64,000 nucleotides of DNA, taken from contig JBBQJA010000001.1 in NCBI GenBank assembly GCA_038325465.1, positions 148,499-212,498 of the forward strand, in the 5' to 3' direction. The notes under the pieces were generated by a model, which was given only the letters and a program-made list of their open reading frames with translations, had not been told where the DNA came from and searched no databases. This DNA comes from Hyphomicrobiales bacterium (GTDB taxonomy: Bacteria; Pseudomonadota; Alphaproteobacteria; Rhizobiales; Rhizobiaceae). Each line of letters starts with the position of its first letter. Within the stretch, counting starts at the first letter, position 1. The position numbers and the translations under genes were made by a program. Below, one piece after another: positions 59,578 through 64,000 of this stretch.

Positions 59578-60561
59578 TCAACCCCAAAGGTCCGGGTCGG
59601 GCGGGGAGACCATTGAACGGGTGTAGAGGAGGCCGGGGCTTCGGTCCTTCGCAAGAAGCAGCGGTCCGTCAAGATCCACCCAGTCGGCATCCTGCGCCAG
59701 CAGCACCGCCGGTGCCATGGCGAGTGATGTGCCCACCATGCAGCCCACCATCACCCCGAAGCCGAGTTCCCGGGCCCGGTCGCGCATGCGGAGGGCTTCG
59801 GTGAGGCCACCCGTCTTGTCGAGCTTGATGTTGATGGCGTCGTAGAGCCGGGCGAGATGATCGAGATCATCATAGGTGTGGACGCTCTCATCAGCACAGA
59901 TCGGAACCGGGTGAGGAATATGGGCAAGAATCTCGTCCTTGCCGACGGGCAGGGGCTGCTCGATCAGGCTGACATGCATCTCTGCCGCAATCAGGAGGTG
60001 CTGGCGAATATTGTCTTCGGTCCAGCCTTCGTTGGCGTCCAGGATGATCTCGGCATCCGGTGCCGCGCTTGCAACAGCATGGATCCGGGAACGGTCATCG
60101 GCTGTTCCGACCTTGACTTTGAGGATCCGGTGGGAGGCATAGGCGCGGGCCTCGGCCGCCATGTCGGCGGGATCGCCCAGCGAAACGGTGACCGCCGTGG
60201 GAACGGGCCGCGGCAGGATGCGGCAGGCGAGTGTCGAGGCGCGCCCTCCGGTGGCCTTGGCTTCGAGATCCCAGAGCGCACAGTCGATGGCATTGCGTGC
60301 CGCGCCAGCCTTCATGGCCGTCTGCAGCTCCTGGCGGCTCATGCCACTGGAGATCGCATCCTGCATGGCTGCAATATCGGCGAGCACGCCTTCCACTGTT
60401 TCGCCATAGCGTTTGTAGGGGACACATTCGCCGCGGCCCCTGTGGTCGCCGTCCCTGAGAACGCAGGTGACAACCTCGGCCGACGTTTTGGATCCGCGCG
60501 ATATGTTGAACACCTTGGCGGTGGGGAAACTTTCGGTGGCGACTTCAAGCGTGCGCGACAT
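59578..60561 (-). CDS. Enolase-superfamily dipeptide (L-Ala-D/L-Glu-type) epimerase
   Basis: ATG 60561 gives 327 aa starting MSRTLEVATESFPTAKVFNISRG. Motifs KVKVG, LDANEGW, EQPLP, DES and KLDKTGG carry the metal and acid-base residues. Confidence 0.8.
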   Translation of the reverse strand: MSRTLEVATESFPTAKVFNISRGSKTSAEVVTCVLRDGDHRGRGECVPYKRYGETVEGVLADIAAMQDAISSGMSRQELQTAMKAGAARNAIDCALWDLEAKATGGRASTLACRILPRPVPTAVTVSLGDPADMAAEARAYASHRILKVKVGTADDRSRIHAVASAAPDAEIILDANEGWTEDNIRQHLLIAAEMHVSLIEQPLPVGKDEILAHIPHPVPICADESVHTYDDLDHLARLYDAINIKLDKTGGLTEALRMRDRARELGFGVMVGCMVGTSLAMAPAVLLAQDADWVDLDGPLLLAKDRSPGLLYTRSMVSPPDPDLWG

Positions 60562-60684
60562 GGAACGGATATCCTGAAATTTCGTTTTGGATTGTCGTGA
60601 CGGGACGGCAACAACTGCGCGATGCCCGACCCAAACCGAAAGCATATCGGTGACATTGAACCGGGGACCCGCTAAGAGAGAGCC

Positions 60685-61872
60685 ATGTTGACCGAACCGC
60701 GTGCAGAAACAAGAGCCGATGTGGACGTCGCGGCGCTGGAAGACGCCGCCGCATCGATGGTGCGCAATCTTGAGGGCGACGGGGAAACACTTCGGCTTGC
60801 GGGCGACTGGCGCCATGCGGCCATTTCCGGGGTCTATGGCGAAGTGCTGGCCGCAGAGAAGGCCCTCTCCGGAAAACCGCTGACGCTCGACCTAAGCGAC
60901 GTCGCCCATTTCGACACCGCTGGCGGCTGGCTGGTGCGGCGGATGCTTTCGGCCGCCGGTGCGCGGGGCATCGAGGTCAAGATCACGGCGGATCCGACGG
61001 TGATTGATCTCATTGATGCAATCACCGATCCTGCGACGCGCGAGCGGGCCGGGGCACCGCCGGAAAAACCACTGTCTGAGCGCCTGTTCGGCCCTCCCGG
61101 AAAGGTCGTATACGATCTGTGGGACGACCTCGTCGCCTCCATGTTCATTCTCGGCTCGGCGGTGCGTGGCGCACAGTTGAAACTCAACCGGGCGTCCGGG
61201 ATATCGCCCGCCGCGATTGTCACCCAACTCGATCACATGGGCGTCCGCGCGGTGCCGATCATCATCGTGATGTCCTTTCTCATCGGCGCGATCATCGCCC
61301 AGCAGGGAGCGTTTCAGCTCCGCTATTTCGGGGCAGAGATCTTCGTGGTCGACCTCGTCGGCATTTTGCAACTGCGCGAGATCGGGGTTCTGCTGACCGC
61401 CATCATGGTGGCTGGCCGCTCGGGCAGTGCGATCACGGCCGAAATCGGCTCCATGAAGATGCGTGAGGAAGTGGATGCGCTCAAGGTCATGGGCCTCAAT
61501 CCGGTCGGAGTGCTCGTCTTTCCAAGGCTGGTGGCGCTGACCATAGCGTTGCCCTTGCTCACGGTGGTGGCCAATTTTTCAGCCCTCGGTGGGGCGGCCT
61601 TCGTGGCCTGGTCCTATTCCGGCATCACGCCCGATGTCTTCGTGGCGCGCCTGCGTGGCGCCATCGACATGTCGACTGTTGTATCGGGCATGATCAAGGC
61701 ACCATTCATGGCGCTCATCATCGGCATCGTCGCCTCGGTAGAAGGCATGAAAGTGGGTGGCAGCGCCGAATCGCTGGGTCGCTGTGTGACTGCTTCGGTG
61801 GTAAAATCCATTTTCGTCGTCATCCTCGTGGACGGGCTTTTCGCCATGTTCTACGCGGCCATCGATTTTTGA
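60685..61872 (+). CDS. MlaE-family ABC transporter permease with N-terminal STAS-like domain
   Basis: A C-terminal MlaE/YrbE permease core of about 260 aa is present (REIGVLLTAIMVAGRSGSAITAEIGSMK). It is preceded by a soluble domain of about 120 aa. Confidence 0.8.
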   Translation: MLTEPRAETRADVDVAALEDAAASMVRNLEGDGETLRLAGDWRHAAISGVYGEVLAAEKALSGKPLTLDLSDVAHFDTAGGWLVRRMLSAAGARGIEVKITADPTVIDLIDAITDPATRERAGAPPEKPLSERLFGPPGKVVYDLWDDLVASMFILGSAVRGAQLKLNRASGISPAAIVTQLDHMGVRAVPIIIVMSFLIGAIIAQQGAFQLRYFGAEIFVVDLVGILQLREIGVLLTAIMVAGRSGSAITAEIGSMKMREEVDALKVMGLNPVGVLVFPRLVALTIALPLLTVVANFSALGGAAFVAWSYSGITPDVFVARLRGAIDMSTVVSGMIKAPFMALIIGIVASVEGMKVGGSAESLGRCVTASVVKSIFVVILVDGLFAMFYAAIDF

Positions 61873-61884
61873 GGCGGATGCGGG

Positions 61885-62751
61885 ATGAGTGACACCCTCC
61901 AAGACCCAAGCTTGTCGCCTTCAGACAAAAGCGAGCGAGAGATCATCCTCTCGGCGCGCGACGTCTGCGTTGCCTTCGGTTCAAACGTCGTCCTCGACCA
62001 CCTCGACCTTGACGTTTTCCGGGGCGAAATCCTGGGTTTCGTCGGCGGATCAGGCACCGGCAAGTCTGTGCTCATGCGCTCGATCCTGCGGTTGATTCCG
62101 CGCCAGAAGGGCGAGATCCGCATTCTCGGGCGCGACTACGACAAAGTTTCCGAGGAGGAGCGCAACCGGCTCGACATGCGCATCGGAGTGCTGTTCCAGC
62201 ATGGCGCACTGTTTTCCGCGCTGACCGTCAAGGAAAACATCCAGGTGCCGATGCGGGAGTATCTCGATCTTCCGCAGAGGTTGATGGACGAACTCGCGGC
62301 GGTCAAAATCGACCTTGTCGGGCTCGCGCCCGATGCAGGGGACAAATATCCGTCGCAATTGTCTGGCGGCATGATCAAACGCGCAGCATTGGCGCGGGCG
62401 CTGGCGCTTGATCCCGACCTTGTCTTTCTCGATGAACCGACATCGGGGCTCGATCCGATCGGTGCTGCCGAGTTCGACGAGTTGATCGTTCAGCTCCGCG
62501 ACACGCTGGGGCTGACGGTCTACATGGTCACCCACGATCTCGACAGTCTGTTCTCCGCCTGCGACCGCATCGCGGTGCTCGCCAACAAAAAGGTCATGGT
62601 GGAGGGAACCATCCAGGATATGCTTTCGTTTGACGATCCCTGGGTCAAGTCCTACTTCCAGGGCAAACGCGCCCGGTCGATTCCGGACGCGGTCCCGCAA
62701 CCCGAGCGCGCCGTTGCCGCCGAAGACCGCAGCGAAGGTGGACAGACCTGA
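61885..62751 (+). CDS. MlaF-type ABC transporter ATP-binding protein
   Basis: Walker A GGSGTGKS, LSGGMIKRAALARAL and Walker B VFLDEPTSGLD are present. Confidence 0.85.
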   Translation: MSDTLQDPSLSPSDKSEREIILSARDVCVAFGSNVVLDHLDLDVFRGEILGFVGGSGTGKSVLMRSILRLIPRQKGEIRILGRDYDKVSEEERNRLDMRIGVLFQHGALFSALTVKENIQVPMREYLDLPQRLMDELAAVKIDLVGLAPDAGDKYPSQLSGGMIKRAALARALALDPDLVFLDEPTSGLDPIGAAEFDELIVQLRDTLGLTVYMVTHDLDSLFSACDRIAVLANKKVMVEGTIQDMLSFDDPWVKSYFQGKRARSIPDAVPQPERAVAAEDRSEGGQT

Positions 62752-64000
62752 TGGAAACACGGGCCAACTACGCTCTTGTCGGCTTCTTTACGGTGCTTGT
62801 GATGCTTGCGTCATTCGGCTTTGTCTACTGGATGGCCAAATACGGCAGTTCAGGGGAGATGACGCAGCTCGTCGTGCGGATTCCCGGTTCAGCCAACGGC
62901 CTCTCCGTTGGCTCGCCGGTTCGCTTCAACGGAATTCCCTATGGCGTCGTGCGGCGTCTGGACATCGACCGGTCAAGCCCGAATTTCGTCATCGCCCAGA
63001 CCGACGTGCGGTCGGATGCACCAATTTACACCGACACCGCCGCCACGCTCGAAATCGAGGGTCTCACCGGCGGGGCCTACATCGAGCTCAAAGGCGGCAC
63101 GCCCACCAATGTCAACATTCTCGACCGTGCCTCCAGCGAGAACGCCATTGCGGTCATCGAGGCTGATCCGTCGGGCGTGACCAATCTGCTGGCCACAGCC
63201 GACGAGATTCTAAGCCGCGCCAACCGGGTGATCGGCGAGGTCGAGGGCTTCGTCAAGGACGCCCGGACGCCGCTGACCGAGACTTTGAAGAACACCCAGG
63301 CCTTCACCGAGGCACTCAAGCAGAATGCCGATGGCATTGATGACTTTCTCGAAAGTGTCGCGGGCCTCACCGACACCGTCAAGTCGCTTTCGGGCCGCAT
63401 CGATACCGCGCTCGGTGCCGCTGAGGACCTGTTGCGATCAATCGATCCCGAGAAGATCGACCGGATCCTGGCCAGTGTGGATACGGTCACTTCGGAAGTA
63501 GCCAGCGCCTCGGGCGATATCACCAAGACGCTCGAAAGCCTTCGTGGGGCAGCCGAGAAATTCGAGAGCTTCGGTGCAAGCGCCGGGAAAACACTCGAGA
63601 AGGTGGACAGCCTGATCGCCGGCGTTGATCCTGCGGACGTCAGCACTGCGGTCGCCGACATCGCCGCAGCCAGCGCCGATGCGCGCACAGCGCTCGCCGA
63701 TGTCCGCACGGTCACCGACACGTTCGGCACCCGCAGCCAGGATATCGACAAGATCATCACCGATGTGGCTGAAATGACCGCAAAGCTGAATGCCGCATCG
63801 ACCCGGGTCGACGGCGTGCTTGCCAAGGTCGACGGCTTCCTGGGCGAGGGCGACGCATCCTCGCTGATCGCCGATGCGGAGGCGACGCTGAAATCGTTTC
63901 GGACTGTGGCCGATTCGCTCAACTCCCGCATCGGGCCGATCGCTGACAATCTGCAGCGCTTTTCGGGATCGGGACTGCGCGATATCCAAGCCCTGGTCAA
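62751..64000 (+). CDS. MlaD/MCE-family substrate-binding protein (3' end outside window)
   Basis: ATG 62751 overlaps the upstream TGA. My own translation gives METRANYALVGFFTVLVMLASFGFVYWM.. (N-terminal TM). It continues into the MCE domain (GLSVGSPVRFNGIPYGVV) and a long helical tail. The frame is open to the window end and so is absent from the ORF track. Confidence 0.8.
   Translation, partial: METRANYALVGFFTVLVMLASFGFVYWMAKYGSSGEMTQLVVRIPGSANGLSVGSPVRFNGIPYGVVRRLDIDRSSPNFVIAQTDVRSDAPIYTDTAATLEIEGLTGGAYIELKGGTPTNVNILDRASSENAIAVIEADPSGVTNLLATADEILSRANRVIGEVEGFVKDARTPLTETLKNTQAFTEALKQNADGIDDFLESVAGLTDTVKSLSGRIDTALGAAEDLLRSIDPEKIDRILASVDTVTSEVASASGDITKTLESLRGAAEKFESFGASAGKTLEKVDSLIAGVDPADVSTAVADIAAASADARTALADVRTVTDTFGTRSQDIDKIITDVAEMTAKLNAASTRVDGVLAKVDGFLGEGDASSLIADAEATLKSFRTVADSLNSRIGPIADNLQRFSGSGLRDIQALV

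Noticed and set aside
63077-64000. 307-aa Ser/Ala-rich minus-strand ORF at the window end
   Set aside because: It lies antisense to a clear MlaD/MCE-family frame that starts at 62751 by overlapping the MlaF stop. The real gene is missing from the ORF track only because it has no stop within the window.

Overview
High-G+C alphaproteobacterial chromosome segment. Gene content looks Rhizobiales/Hyphomicrobiales-like: afr-like reductase, TarD-like dehydratase, DUF2865, DUF2059, chimeric malic enzyme, class II DAHP synthase, gph-rpiA-gor neighbourhood. About 60 protein genes are supportable.

Layout:
- 1-14 kb: one co-directional 12-gene sugar/redox/CoA cluster behind a LacI regulator, containing a glucose/mannose-type ABC importer.
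- 14-22 kb: small catabolic units (Dabb protein, TarD-like dehydratase, GntR, a Tat-dependent GMC dehydrogenase pair, VOC, RHH).
- 22-26.4 kb: RND efflux pair.
- 27-37 kb: divergent locus joining an opine/peptide-type ABC importer (its DppB-like permease carries an in-frame TAG) to a LacI-HTH::PfkB fusion, a BtpA/SgcQ protein and a ribokinase-like kinase.
- 37.4-39.4 kb: LuxR/LuxI quorum-sensing module with a translationally coupled small ORF, lying next to tRNA-Val(CAC).
- 40-44 kb: housekeeping genes gph, rpiA, gor.
- 44-47.3 kb: a graveyard of gene fragments (sugar dehydrogenase, portal-like, CaiB-like, GT2), an intact low-G+C HIRAN gene and an orphan tRNA 3' end.
- 47.6-64 kb: DAHP synthase, a dense REP/BIME-like repeat block, a truncated poly-Ala ORF containing (GCC)10, then core genes (LTA-synthase-like, nadE, DUF2865, malic enzyme, FAH, dipeptide epimerase, Mla-type transporter running off the window).

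The most distinctive non-genic signal is five families of palindromic intergenic mosaic elements. They recur through the window and sit head-to-tail in several gaps.

No rRNA, CRISPR array, intact IS, transposase or integrase was found. I see no obvious complete novel defence system. The best candidates for follow-up are the QS module with small ORFs, the LacI-HTH::PfkB locus, the decayed island with HIRAN, and the terminator-bearing repeat family.

All functional calls rest on motif and family recognition by eye. No database search was possible.
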